A DNA stretch of 64,000 nt from Acidobacteriota bacterium. Its GTDB lineage: Bacteria > Acidobacteriota > UBA6911 > RPQK01 > JAJDTT01. A model generated the notes under the pieces. The model was not told the origin of the DNA. It worked only from the letters and a program-made list of their open reading frames with translations, and ran no database searches. The DNA lies in assembly GCA_965209055.1 (NCBI GenBank), contig OZ242374.1, forward strand, positions 2,976,001 through 3,040,000. The letters are read 5' to 3'. Shown here one piece after another: positions 10,280 through 21,804 of this stretch (position 1 is its first letter; each line of letters starts with the position of its first letter). Position numbers and translations under genes: made by a program.

Positions 10280-11824
10280 ATGGGGGCATCCTGGGTGGGG
10301 AGACAGTCTTGTCTCCGTCTTCAACACCTGATCATTCTCGTCGCCGCTATGGGAGCCTCCGCCCCGGGCGCTTCCGCGGAAACCGTCGACGTGGGCTCCC
10401 GTCTCGAGCTCATGGTGGATGAACATCTCATCGACCGCATGTCGGGAGGAGCCCGGTTGCAGGTCCACCGGCCGGTCCGGCGGAACGTGGCCCTGGAGAC
10501 CGGTGAGCCCTGGGAGGGAAACGCCTCCTTCTACCGGACGGTGTTCCAGGACGGAAGCGTCTACCGGATGTACTACGGCGCCTGGCACTACGAGACGACG
10601 GAGACGGGAATGACCTACCCCCACCGTCCGTACCTCTGCTATGCGGAGAGCAGCGACGGTATCCACTTCCGGAAGCCGAAGCTGGGGCTGGTGGAGTTCC
10701 GGGGCAGCACGGACAACAACATCGTCCTCTCCGAGACCACGCTCAACTCGGTCGAAGCCGACCCCGGCCACGCCGCCGTCTTCATTGACGACAATCCCGA
10801 CTGTCCCGAAGACGCCCGCTACAAGATGATCATCCGGTCCCGGGGCGAAAAGGGTCTCTTGGCGCTCAAGTCGCCGGACGGATTCCGCTTCACCCCCATG
10901 TCGGACCGCGTTGTGATTTCGGAAGGGGCCTTCGATTCCCAGAACCTGGCCTTCTGGGACCCCGTGCGGCGAGAGTACCGGGCCTATTTTCGAGGATTCC
11001 GGGAGGGGATCAGGGACATTCTGACCGCCACCTCGGCCGATCTCCTGAACTGGACGAAACCGGTCTGGTGCGAGTATCCGGGGGCTCCGTCGGAACATCT
11101 CTACACCAACCAATTGCGGCCCTACTACCGGGCGCCCCACATCCTGGTGGGCTTTCCCATGCGCTACAAGGACCGGGGACCCACCGAAGCGACTTGGCGG
11201 CTACCGGGGCGTGAAGCCCGGGAGCACAGATCCTCCGTCAACCAACGCTATGGAACAGCCGTGTCCGACGCCCTCCTGATGACGGGCCGGGACCGGCATG
11301 ACTTCAAGCGTTGGGGAGAGGCCTTCATTCGACCCGGGCCCGCCCGGACCGACAGTTGGGTCTATGGAGACAACATGATCGCCTGGGGAATCGTCCAGAC
11401 CCGATCGGATCGTGTCGGTTCTCCCGACGAACTCTCCATCTACGTGGTGGAAGGGTACTGGGTGGGGCGAGGCATCAACGTTCGGCGTTACTCCCTCCGG
11501 ATGGACGGATTCGTATCCGTGCGGGCGCCGTTGGCCGGTGGGGAGATCGTGACCCGTCCTCTCCGATTCGACGGCAATCGGCTACGCCTCAACTATTCCA
11601 CCTCCGGCAGCGGCGGAATCTGGGTCGAACTCCAGGACGCGGACGGCAGGCCCCTGGAGGGTTTCAGCCAGGCGGATGCGGATGAGGTCTTCGGAGACCA
11701 GATCGAAGGCGTCGTGACCTGGAAGGGGAACCGTGACGTCAGGTCGCTCGCCGGCCAACCGGTCCGGATCCGGTTCGTTCTCAAGGACGCCGACCTGTAC
11801 GCTTTTCACTTTGCCGCCGACTAG
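10280..11824 (+). CDS. Secreted beta-propeller glycoside-hydrolase-like protein (paralog 1)
   Basis: Signal peptide, YAESSDGIHF, FDSQN, C-terminal LRMDGF...PVRIRFVLKDADLYAF. Start position uncertain. Confidence 0.7.
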   Translation: MGASWVGRQSCLRLQHLIILVAAMGASAPGASAETVDVGSRLELMVDEHLIDRMSGGARLQVHRPVRRNVALETGEPWEGNASFYRTVFQDGSVYRMYYGAWHYETTETGMTYPHRPYLCYAESSDGIHFRKPKLGLVEFRGSTDNNIVLSETTLNSVEADPGHAAVFIDDNPDCPEDARYKMIIRSRGEKGLLALKSPDGFRFTPMSDRVVISEGAFDSQNLAFWDPVRREYRAYFRGFREGIRDILTATSADLLNWTKPVWCEYPGAPSEHLYTNQLRPYYRAPHILVGFPMRYKDRGPTEATWRLPGREAREHRSSVNQRYGTAVSDALLMTGRDRHDFKRWGEAFIRPGPARTDSWVYGDNMIAWGIVQTRSDRVGSPDELSIYVVEGYWVGRGINVRRYSLRMDGFVSVRAPLAGGEIVTRPLRFDGNRLRLNYSTSGSGGIWVELQDADGRPLEGFSQADADEVFGDQIEGVVTWKGNRDVRSLAGQPVRIRFVLKDADLYAFHFAAD

Positions 11825-11846
11825 GAGGGGCGACTTTCAGTCGCCC
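11824..11846 (+). repeat. REP-type palindrome
   Basis: GGAG-GGGCGAC-TTTCA-GTCGCCC overlapping the stop codon. Confidence 0.7.
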
Positions 11847-11916
11847 TGTGCGGGGAGTAGGGGAGACGGTAGTCCTTCCACTGCAGTTGATGCACAATCG
11901 ATTAGAGGGACGAGCC

Positions 11917-12093
11917 ATGGAGAACGAGCCGATCATGAATGACCAAGGCTATCGCCGCACACTCAAGGCGATTGAAGGCCTGATGACTGCCAAGCGCGGC
12001 ACTCCTGAAGGCGACCGGCTGGATGTTCCAGTAACGTCGGTCGAGGCTTGGGAGGCGCTAGATTTTCCTGCGGACACCGGGATCGAGACGTGA
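11917..12093 (+). pseudogene. Truncated HigA-like antitoxin (N-terminal part only)
   Basis: PIMNDQGYRRTLKAIEGLMTAKRGTPEGDRLDV...VEAWE resembles HigA N-termini; the HTH domain is absent. Confidence 0.65.
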
Positions 12094-12174
12094 TTAGAGA
12101 ACCTGGCCGCGATGGACGCAGTGCGGAGGGCTTGCCACTCGGGGGCTATCGAGAGTTGATGTGCATTCTCCTGT
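12070..12174 (+). pseudogene. Decayed duplicate of the 3' end of the 9279-10271 oxidoreductase
   Basis: gagaacctggccgcgatggacgcagtgcggagggcttgccactcgggggctatcgagagttg matches about 10194-10254; in-frame stops are present. Confidence 0.8.
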
Positions 12175-12221
12175 GGGAATGCCGGCATTAGAACCAGGGA
12201 ATTCAGGGAGGAATCCGAAAA

Positions 12222-13742
12222 ATGCCGCTATTCGTGATCTTGCTCGTACTCGTCACCGGAACCGCCGTCATGGGCGCCTCCGACGGGGTCGCCGACGTGG
12301 GTTCGCGTCTTGAACTCATGGTGGATGAACATCTCATCGACCGCATGTCGGGAGGAGCCCGGCTGCAGCTCCACCATCCGGTCCGGCGGAACGTGGCTCT
12401 GGTGACCGATGCGCCCTGGGAAGGGAACGCCTGCCATTACCGCTCGGTGTTCCAGGACGGAAGCGGCCACCGGATGCGCTACCGGATGTACTACGGCGCC
12501 TATCAGTACGAGGTGACGGAGACGGGCCAGACCTATCCTCACCGCCCGTACCTCTGTTACGCCGAGAGCAGCGACGGCATCCACTTCCAGAAACCGAAGC
12601 TGGGACTGGTGGAGTTCCAAGGCAGCACGGACAACAACATCATCCTCTCCCAGACGACGCTGAGCTCGGTCGAGGCGGACCCCGGCCACGCCGCCATCTT
12701 CAAGGACGACAATCCCGACTGCCCCGAAGACGCCCGCTACAAGATGATCATCCGGTCCAGGGGCGAGAAGGGCCTGTTGGCGCTCAAGTCGCCGGACGGA
12801 CTCCGGTTCACCCCCATGTCGGACCGGGTGGTGATCTCCGAAGGGGCCTTCGATTCGCAGAACCTGGCTTTCTGGGACCCGGTGCGGGGAGAGTACCGGG
12901 CCTACTTCCGCGGGTTCCAGAACAAGGTCAGGGACATCCTGACGGCCACCTCTCCCGATTTCCTGAACTGGACGGACCCGGTCTGGTGCGAGTATCCGGG
13001 GGCGCCCCGGGAGCATCTCTACACCAACCAGTTGCGGCCCTACTACCGGGCGCCCCACATCCTGGTCGGTTTCCCCATGCGCTACAAGGACCGGGGCTCC
13101 ACCGAAGCGACCTGGCGCCTGCCGGGCCGGGAAGCCCGGGAGAACAGGTCGAAGGTATCCCAGCGCTACGGCACGGCCGTGACCGACTCGCTTTTGATGA
13201 CGGGCCGCGACCGGCTCCACTTCAAACGCTGGGGAGAGGCCTTCCTTCGACCCGGTCCTGCCCGAATCGACAGTTGGGTCTACGGAGACAACAGCATCGC
13301 CTGGGGAATCGTCCAGACCCGCTCCGACCGCGCCGGTTCTCCGGAAGAACTTTCCATCTACGTGGTGGAAGGGTACTGGATGGGCCGGAGCCTGAACGTG
13401 CGCCGCTACTCCCTGCGGATGGACGGTTTCGTCTCCGTGCAGGCGCCGTTGGCCGGTGGCGAGATGGTGACCCGGCCTCTTCGCTTCGAAGGCAATCGGC
13501 TTCGCCTCAACTATTCCACCTCGGGAAGCGGCGGGATCTGGGTCGAGCTCCAGGACGCGGACGGCAATTCGCTGGAGGGCTTCAGCCAGGCGGATGCGGA
13601 TGAGGTCTTCGGAGACCAGATTGAGGGCGTGGTGACCTGGAAGGGGAACCGGGACGTCAGCTCACTGGCCGGCAAGCCGGTCCGGATTCGGTTCGTCCTC
13701 AAGGACGCGGACCTGTACGCGTTTCGCTTTGCTTCCGATTGA
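12222..13742 (+). CDS. Secreted beta-propeller glycoside-hydrolase-like protein (paralog 2)
   Basis: Near-identical in protein sequence to 10280-11824 after the signal peptide. Confidence 0.75.
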   Translation: MPLFVILLVLVTGTAVMGASDGVADVGSRLELMVDEHLIDRMSGGARLQLHHPVRRNVALVTDAPWEGNACHYRSVFQDGSGHRMRYRMYYGAYQYEVTETGQTYPHRPYLCYAESSDGIHFQKPKLGLVEFQGSTDNNIILSQTTLSSVEADPGHAAIFKDDNPDCPEDARYKMIIRSRGEKGLLALKSPDGLRFTPMSDRVVISEGAFDSQNLAFWDPVRGEYRAYFRGFQNKVRDILTATSPDFLNWTDPVWCEYPGAPREHLYTNQLRPYYRAPHILVGFPMRYKDRGSTEATWRLPGREARENRSKVSQRYGTAVTDSLLMTGRDRLHFKRWGEAFLRPGPARIDSWVYGDNSIAWGIVQTRSDRAGSPEELSIYVVEGYWMGRSLNVRRYSLRMDGFVSVQAPLAGGEMVTRPLRFEGNRLRLNYSTSGSGGIWVELQDADGNSLEGFSQADADEVFGDQIEGVVTWKGNRDVSSLAGKPVRIRFVLKDADLYAFRFASD

Positions 13743-13790
13743 GCGGAGAATCGGGCTCGACGGGGGCTATCTTAAAGGAACGAGGGGGCG

Positions 13791-14165
13791 ATGCAGGAGA
13801 GAGACAAGAGCTTGACGCCCATCCATCCCGGGGAAATTCTACGTAGCGAGTTCATGGAGCCGATGGGCGTCACTCAGTACCGGCTGGCCAAGGACCTCTC
13901 CGTGCAACCGCTGAGGGTCAGTGAAATCGTCCGGGGCAAGCGAGGAATCACGGCCGACACGGCCCTGCGCCTGGGTCGGTACTTTGGTCTGTCCGCCGCC
14001 TACTGGATGAATCTACAGGCGCTTTACGAGATTGAAGTCGCCGAAGATCGACTTCAGGATCGCCTGGAAAAAGAAGTGACCCCGCGTTGCGACGTCGCAG
14101 CCTGCTGCACATCGAGCGAGAAGCGATCAGTCGTTGGCGGTGCCGGCCTGCCTATTTCCGTTTAG
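13791..14165 (+). CDS. higA: HigA/VapI family antitoxin (orphan)
   Basis: PIHPGEIL, TQYRLAK, IVRGKRGITADTALRLGRYFG, YWMNLQ. Confidence 0.9.
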   Translation: MQERDKSLTPIHPGEILRSEFMEPMGVTQYRLAKDLSVQPLRVSEIVRGKRGITADTALRLGRYFGLSAAYWMNLQALYEIEVAEDRLQDRLEKEVTPRCDVAACCTSSEKRSVVGGAGLPISV

Positions 14166-14651
14166 GCTCTTGGAGTTGGGAGCAGCTTGGTAAATTTTGC
14201 ACATCCGCACTTGCCCCCAAGCTTCGGCGCCGAGAATCCCCCCAGCAATTCCAAGAAGGGAATATCCGGTAGGTACATCTCCCCAAAGATAGGCACCTCC
14301 GACATATCCGGCCGTAATGGACAGGGTCCCCCAAAGCAGCTCCCATCTCCAGAACGGCTTACGGATGCCCACCCGATGCACGTCTTGCTTACGGATGGTG
14401 CGTTGCTGGCCGTCCTTGAGCCGGAGCGTTAGGGAATCGTCGCTGACCCCGAGGAGGCGCCCTTTGATTTTCCGGTTCTCCTGGATTGCCGCGTCCTCGT
14501 GAAGTTGTACCTCGGTCCGGGTTTCAGCCTTCAACGATTGCACCTTGGCCCAATCGGACCAGTTCCTGTTGGCACAGCCCATCGCGCCGAATAGCAGGAG
14601 TCCTCCTGTCAGAAAAGTCGTGACTTTTTCCGGTGACGTGGCCCTGAGCAT
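14127..14651 (-). CDS. Hypothetical membrane/lipoprotein
   Basis: Lipobox-like AMGC, then a small beta domain and two C-terminal hydrophobic segments. Confidence 0.55.
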   Translation of the reverse strand: MLRATSPEKVTTFLTGGLLLFGAMGCANRNWSDWAKVQSLKAETRTEVQLHEDAAIQENRKIKGRLLGVSDDSLTLRLKDGQQRTIRKQDVHRVGIRKPFWRWELLWGTLSITAGYVGGAYLWGDVPTGYSLLGIAGGILGAEAWGQVRMCKIYQAAPNSKSLNGNRQAGTAND

Positions 14652-14813
14652 TTCTCAAGATCTCCTGATGCAGAGCAAAGACGGTTCTCGTCCCAATAGT
14701 TTGATGACTGTTTCTTGAAGATCGTTCATTTATCCGACGACCCCAGCTTGTCCTGCGGGGTGACTTGCCAAGAGTCTCGACGGCATGCATCCTGCCTGCG
14801 GGAGGTCTATCGT

Positions 14814-16358
14814 ATGAGATCAAAACGTTTCCTGGGATTCATCCTGTTGTTGCTCATTCTGCCGGCGCCGGGTCCGGCCTGGGCGGGGTCGAGCCACGAT
14901 TCCGATACCCGGGAGATCGGCTCCCGCCGGGAGCTTTTCGTCGACCACTATCTCATCGACCGGCTTCGGGGTGTCCACCTGCAACTGCACGAGCCGCGAC
15001 CCGCGGAGCAGGTGATCCGCATCGACCGTCCCTGGGAAAACGAGTTCAACTACGGGTACAAGGTCTTTCAGGAGGGGGGGCTTTACCACCTCTTCTACCT
15101 GGCCCGGACCACACTGCCGGCGGAGCAGAGGTTCCGCCGCGCCATCAGCTACGCCCGGAGCCGGGACGGGATCCACTGGGAGAAGCCGAACCTGGGACTG
15201 GTGGAGGTGGACGGCAGCCGGGAGAACAACGTGGTCATGCTGGGACGGCTGGTCCCCTTCGTGGACAACCGGCCGGGCGTACCGGCCAACCGGCGCATCA
15301 AGGCCACCAGCTCCCATTACCGGGACCGGCCCGATTGGAAGAACGAGCATCCCCTGGACGGAAGGAGGTACGTGGACCTGTTCCTCTACGAGTCCTCCGA
15401 CGGGTTGGATTTCCGCAAGGTGCAGGAAGATCCGGTCTTCATCACCACGCTCCCCAACGGCTTCGACGGCATCCAATCCATCTTCTGGTCCGAATCCGAG
15501 GGGAAGTATGTTCTCTACTTCCGATTCATGACCTCCAACCAAGGCCCCCGAAAACGCTCCGTGGCCCGGAGCACATCCCCGGATCTTCTGAGTTGGACCG
15601 ATCCCGTCCCCATGGAGTACACCACGGGAGGCATCGTCCCGCCCGAACATCTCTATGAGCACCAGACGGTCCAGTATTTCCGCGCTCCCCATATCTACGT
15701 CGCCTTCCCGCCGCGGTTCATGTATGGCCGCTCCGCGCTCACCAGGGAACAGGGCGAGGCCGCCGGCATCGTCTCGGACGCCACCCAACCGAACAATCCG
15801 AACTGGCTGACCCAGGACTGCGCGGACGCCGCCTTCATGACCTCCCGGGGGGGCACGCTCTACGACCGCACCTTCATGGGGGTCTTCGTCCGTCCGGGTC
15901 CGGACACCCTCAACTGGGTGTCCCGCACCAACTATCCGCTTCAGGGTGTGGTCCGGACGGGGCCGGCCGAGATGTCCATCTACGTGGGCCGGCACTATGG
16001 GCATCCCACGTGGCACATCCAGCGGTTGACCCTGCGGCTGGACGGATTCGCCTCCGTCAACGCGCCCTACGCCGGCGGCGAGATGATCACGAAGCCCCTG
16101 AAGTTTTCGGGGAGCCGTCTGGAGATCAACTACTCCACTTCGGCCGCTGGCGGATTGAGGGTGGAGATTCAAGACGGCGAGGGGAAGCCGATACCCGGAT
16201 TTTCACTTGCGGAGTGTCCCGAGATCATCGGAGACGAGATCGCCCGGGACGTGTCCTGGGAGAGTGGCGGGGACGTGGGCCGTCTTGCGGGGACCGCCGT
16301 GCGGCTCCGTTTCGTGATGAAGGACGCGGACCTCTACTCCATCCGGTTTCACGACTGA
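14814..16358 (+). CDS. Secreted beta-propeller glycoside-hydrolase-like protein (paralog 3, diverged)
   Basis: GGAGG RBS, signal peptide, IGSRRELFVD, YARSRDGIHWEKPNLG, LRLDGF...VRLRFVMKDADLYS. Confidence 0.75.
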   Translation: MRSKRFLGFILLLLILPAPGPAWAGSSHDSDTREIGSRRELFVDHYLIDRLRGVHLQLHEPRPAEQVIRIDRPWENEFNYGYKVFQEGGLYHLFYLARTTLPAEQRFRRAISYARSRDGIHWEKPNLGLVEVDGSRENNVVMLGRLVPFVDNRPGVPANRRIKATSSHYRDRPDWKNEHPLDGRRYVDLFLYESSDGLDFRKVQEDPVFITTLPNGFDGIQSIFWSESEGKYVLYFRFMTSNQGPRKRSVARSTSPDLLSWTDPVPMEYTTGGIVPPEHLYEHQTVQYFRAPHIYVAFPPRFMYGRSALTREQGEAAGIVSDATQPNNPNWLTQDCADAAFMTSRGGTLYDRTFMGVFVRPGPDTLNWVSRTNYPLQGVVRTGPAEMSIYVGRHYGHPTWHIQRLTLRLDGFASVNAPYAGGEMITKPLKFSGSRLEINYSTSAAGGLRVEIQDGEGKPIPGFSLAECPEIIGDEIARDVSWESGGDVGRLAGTAVRLRFVMKDADLYSIRFHD

Positions 16359-16395
16359 CGCCGGAACCCGAATCCCGGGGGGAAGGGGACGTCGG

Positions 16396-19300
16396 TCAGT
16401 CCTCCAGCATGTCTCCGGCCTGGATGTAGGCGATGAGGTCCGCCATCTCCTGCAGGTCGATGTTCTCTTCCAGGCCCTCAGGCATGAGGGAGACCCGGGA
16501 CGCGCGGATTTCGGCGATGCGGGCCCTGAGAATCGTCTCCTCCTCCCCGGGACCGCTGCGCAGGGTCAGGCTGCCGGGACCCTCCGCCGCCAGGACGCCG
16601 CCGTAGACCAGACCCTCGCGAGTGGTCACGATGTAGTTCTGGAACAGGCCCAGAATCTGGGCGTTGGGGTTCAGAATGGCCTGGAGCAACTCCTCCCGGG
16701 TGTGTCCCTGCACCCCGACGCGTAGATCCGGGCCCACCGCGTCCCCTTCCTGGGGTTGGTGACAACGCGCGCACTCCCGTTCGAAGATCTGCTCTCCCCG
16801 CGATGAGTCGGCAGCCAGGTCCAGAACCATTTGGTAGTGCCGAACCACGCGGTCCCTCTCGTCCGGCGTGTCGGGCCGGTACAAGTTCAGAGCCCGGTTC
16901 CGAATCGTTTCATCCGGATGCTGGGTGAGCAGGACCCGGTGGTCCTGCTCCAGGGCAGCCGTCTCCACGGTCCCCCGTTCCAGCGCGTCCAGCAGACGGG
17001 ACGCACGTCCGCGGTGGGCGATCAGGGAGTGAAGGGCAGGTCTCCGCTCCCGGGGAGAGAGGGTGCTCCAACGGGGGAGGATCAGGCCGGCAACCTCCAC
17101 GTCGTCGTATCCTCCCACGACCTTGAGAACCTCGGAACGCAGGGTGGAGTCGGAAACGGAATCCAGAAAGCGTCCGAAAATGGGACGCGCGTCCCGAAAT
17201 CGGACAGTTGCCAGGGTGCGGACCGCCCCCATCCGGTGTTGGAGCGGAAGGCCGGGGTCCAGGGCCTGACGGCGCGCCTGTGCCGTCAGCCTCGGCATCC
17301 GGAAATACCGGGCCACGCGGGCCGCCGCCGTTCGGAGACGTTCGGAATCACTTGCCAGGAGTTTACGGAACATGGCACGGGCGCCTGCCGGATCCAGACC
17401 GGCGGCCTTTCCCATTTCCAGACCTCGAGCCAATCCGTCGAGTCCGGCTCGCTGCCAGGCCTCGTTCTCCAGACCGGATGATCGGAAAACCAGTTCCAGG
17501 ATTCGCCTGATCTCCGCCGGCCGTCGACGGGCGCCGGCCACGGCCGCGAGTTCCTCCAGGAATTCTCCCCTCTGTTTCTGATTCTCTGCGCCGAAGAAGT
17601 CCAGCGTCAGGAGGTGCTCCAGAAGATCCGGCTCAGAACCGGCCTCCGAGCTCAGGATGGCCGCGCGAAGACCGGGCGTCAGGCTCTGGCGCAGAGCCAG
17701 ATGTGACAGGGCCCGGGTGGCGGCCTCGCCCTGGAACCGGCCGAGACTCAAGGCCAGTTGGAACCCGACCCGCGGCTCCTCTCCCGCCGCCATGCCGACG
17801 AGTCCCGGAAGCAGCTCGGGAAACTCCTCGGCCATCCGGACGGCATGTTCCCGGACCCCGGGACTCGAGTCCCGCAGGGCTGGGCCCAGGATTTCGGGAT
17901 CGAGGGCGCAGAGCCCTTCCAACGTGTTCAGCGCGTGCAGGCGGCCTTTGGCCGACTCCCCCCGGCGGACGACGTCCTTGAGCCCGGCGACAATCGACAT
18001 CTCCTGGCGCTGGACCAGAAGGCGCTGAGCCGTGAGTCGCCACCAGCGGTTGGGATGGGAGAGAAGCCGAACCAGGCTTTGGGGGTCCGTTCCCTTCAGG
18101 GCGGGTTTCCGGGGAGCCGGACCCGGCTCTCTTGCGGGGACGACCCGATAGATTCGGCCCCGGTCCGTTCCCGCATAGAAATCCAGATCCCGCTTGATGG
18201 GCTCCGGAATCGACTCGGGGTCCTCCACCAGCTTGCGGTAGATGTCCACGATGTAGAGATTTCCGTCCCAGCCGGTGGTGAACTGAACCGGCCGGAACCA
18301 GGGATCGGTGGAGGCCAGGAACTCCCGCTGCTGCTCCTCCGGCGCCCGGCTGGCCACGAAGCTGATGCCGCTCGGCGCCAGCAGATCCCGGTGAACCAGG
18401 TTCCCGGCGACTCCTCCGGTGAAGAGATTCCCCCGGTACGGCGGAGGAAGCCGGTCGCCCGAGTAGACGGTGCCTCCGGTGGCTCCGGTGAAGAAGCCTT
18501 GAACCTGCCGGGTGCGCCCCAGGCCCATCTCGTCGGAGCGCTCCTGTCTCACCCGGGTACGGAGTTCGCGCCACTTCTCGGGGGCCGTGCGGGAATAGAT
18601 GCGTCCGTCGTGGTCCGAGACGTCGCGGATGATGTCCCCGGGCGCCGCCAGATAGGGATTTCTCTCCAGGTAGCGGCGGGGCAGGAGCACGTGCAGGACG
18701 TGGGTCCCGGTGCGGGTGACGAAGCGATGGCCCCAGTCGTCGAAGGTCTGTCCGAATCGGGCCGCTCCCGAAGCCGATTCGAAGATGCCCCGGCCGGGGC
18801 GGAACCGGAAATCGGTTCCCAGGACCGAGACCGGGCCGGCCCCCGGCCGGTCCGGCGACCGGACGATTCCCGGGTGTCCGTCGTTGGAGACGTAGATCCA
18901 GTTGTCCAGGGAGTAGCGGAGGTTGCTGACCCGGCCCTGAGGCTGACCCACCTCGAAACCGGTAAACAGGACTCGCCGTTCATCCGCTCGGAGGTCGCCG
19001 TCCGTGTCCTTGAAGAAGAGGATGTCCGGCGCCGCCGAGGCGATCACGCCTCCGTCCCACAAGGCCAACCCCTTGAGTTGGAGAATTCCGTCGGCGAAGA
19101 CCACCGAGTGGTCCACTCTCCCGTCGCCGTCCCGGTCCTCCAGGACCCGGATCCGGCTCCTGGGCGGTTCGCCCGGCGGCGGATCGTAGGGGTAGTCCAG
19201 CATCTCGGCGACAAAGGCCCGCCCTTCCTCGTCGAAGACCAGGTCGACCGGGTCCCGCACGTACGGTTCGGCGGCGAAGATCTCGACCCGCACGTCTCCG

Positions 19301-19410
19301 GGGTGCAGAAAACTGGCCAGCGACTCCTCCGGCGAGAGGGGACCGGTGTCAGCGCGCTCGCCGCAGCCGGAGAGCAGCAACAGGCCGGGCAGGAGACGGT
19401 GCCATCGCAT
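16396..19410 (-). CDS. PVC-type membrane-bound dehydrogenase-domain protein with HEAT repeats and c-type heme
   Basis: Lipobox LSGC, FAAEP...DRDGDGRVD, EFLASTDPWFRPV, RGRIYR, CARCH heme motif, VGPDL, SLMPEG. Confidence 0.9.
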   Translation of the reverse strand: MRWHRLLPGLLLLSGCGERADTGPLSPEESLASFLHPGDVRVEIFAAEPYVRDPVDLVFDEEGRAFVAEMLDYPYDPPPGEPPRSRIRVLEDRDGDGRVDHSVVFADGILQLKGLALWDGGVIASAAPDILFFKDTDGDLRADERRVLFTGFEVGQPQGRVSNLRYSLDNWIYVSNDGHPGIVRSPDRPGAGPVSVLGTDFRFRPGRGIFESASGAARFGQTFDDWGHRFVTRTGTHVLHVLLPRRYLERNPYLAAPGDIIRDVSDHDGRIYSRTAPEKWRELRTRVRQERSDEMGLGRTRQVQGFFTGATGGTVYSGDRLPPPYRGNLFTGGVAGNLVHRDLLAPSGISFVASRAPEEQQREFLASTDPWFRPVQFTTGWDGNLYIVDIYRKLVEDPESIPEPIKRDLDFYAGTDRGRIYRVVPAREPGPAPRKPALKGTDPQSLVRLLSHPNRWWRLTAQRLLVQRQEMSIVAGLKDVVRRGESAKGRLHALNTLEGLCALDPEILGPALRDSSPGVREHAVRMAEEFPELLPGLVGMAAGEEPRVGFQLALSLGRFQGEAATRALSHLALRQSLTPGLRAAILSSEAGSEPDLLEHLLTLDFFGAENQKQRGEFLEELAAVAGARRRPAEIRRILELVFRSSGLENEAWQRAGLDGLARGLEMGKAAGLDPAGARAMFRKLLASDSERLRTAAARVARYFRMPRLTAQARRQALDPGLPLQHRMGAVRTLATVRFRDARPIFGRFLDSVSDSTLRSEVLKVVGGYDDVEVAGLILPRWSTLSPRERRPALHSLIAHRGRASRLLDALERGTVETAALEQDHRVLLTQHPDETIRNRALNLYRPDTPDERDRVVRHYQMVLDLAADSSRGEQIFERECARCHQPQEGDAVGPDLRVGVQGHTREELLQAILNPNAQILGLFQNYIVTTREGLVYGGVLAAEGPGSLTLRSGPGEEETILRARIAEIRASRVSLMPEGLEENIDLQEMADLIAYIQAGDMLED

Positions 19411-19508
19411 GGGCGCTGATTTTCTCCCGTGGGAGTCGGCTTCGGCAACAGACGGGCCGTCACGAAATTCCTGGGATGCCCGCTATTCGATTCTGATAGG
19501 GTGACCCC

Positions 19509-19955
19509 ATGGTCAGAAGCGCTGCCGCCACCGTTGAGGAATATCTGCTGGAGCTCTCCCCGGACCGCAGGGAGGGCATTCAGGCCGTGAGGCAGGTGTT
19601 CCTGGACAACCTGCCGCCGGGTTACGTCGAGACCATGAATTGGGGGATGATCACCTATGAGATCCCCTTGGACCGCTATCCCAAGACCTACAACAGCCAA
19701 CCCCTCATGTACGCCGCGCTGGCTTCGCAGAAGCGGCACATGGCTGTCTACCTGATGTGCGTCTACAGCCACGCCGAATCCAGGACCCGGTTTGTGGAGC
19801 GCTTCAAGGCGAGCGGGAAGAAGCTCGACATGGGAAAGTCGTGCGTCCGCTTCCGGAGGGTGGAAGACCTGCCGCTGGATCTCATCGCCGAGACCGTCGC
19901 CGGCACCTCGGTGGAGGACTACATCAAGTTCTACGAGGCGTCCCGCAAGCGGTAG
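19509..19955 (+). CDS. DUF1801 domain protein
   Basis: LPPGYVE, YNSQPLMYAALASQK, KLDMGKSCVRF. Confidence 0.85.
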   Translation: MVRSAAATVEEYLLELSPDRREGIQAVRQVFLDNLPPGYVETMNWGMITYEIPLDRYPKTYNSQPLMYAALASQKRHMAVYLMCVYSHAESRTRFVERFKASGKKLDMGKSCVRFRRVEDLPLDLIAETVAGTSVEDYIKFYEASRKR

Positions 19956-20069
19956 AAGGACGCTCCCTGCATTCCATCCGCTGAACCTCGGACGGCTCCG
20001 TTTGGCCGACTTTCTGCTATCCTAACAACCCTTGGGAAGGGGTCGTCGCGTCCTGGAGACCGGACGCCA

Positions 20070-20240
20070 GGAGCGGCGGTTGCCAAGCGCCGAACTCTGG
20101 AGCGAACGTGTGGAGCATGGAGGAGAGGGCGATTGGAAATCGCCCCTCCTTTTTCGAGGAATGGAGCGGCGGTTTCCAACCGCCGGATCCCCGTGGAGCA
20201 TGGAGGAATGGGCGGTTGGAAATCGCCCCTCCTTTTTCGT
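20070..20240. repeat. BIME-like cluster of alternating REP palindromes
   Basis: GGAGCGGCGGTT(G/T)CCAA(G/C)CGCC alternates with GGGCG(A/G)TTGGAAATCGCCCCTCC; two units. Confidence 0.8.
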
Positions 20241-20258
20241 AGAAGGGAAACCAGACTC

Positions 20259-21692
<1,434 letters not shown>

Positions 21693-21766
21693 GACCGACC
21701 CGCTGCTGCGGCTTCATTCCCAATGGCTTGTCGACCTTGATGTCAGGCATAGGTCTTGGCATTTCT

Positions 21767-21796
21767 TTGCCTCATATATTATGAGTCATATATACT
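21767..21796 (+). promoter_or_regulatory. Sigma70-like promoter with overlapping palindromic operator for vapBC
   Basis: TTGCCT-N18-TATACT; palindrome CTCATA-TAT-TATGAG at 21771-21785. Confidence 0.6.
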
Positions 21797-21804
21797 AATA
21801 GGAT

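Noticed and set aside
19960-20258. SAH/SAM riboswitch upstream of ahcY
   Set aside because: No SAH riboswitch core motif is visible; the structure is explained by REP/BIME repeats. The long ORF-track N-extension of ahcY is also REP sequence.
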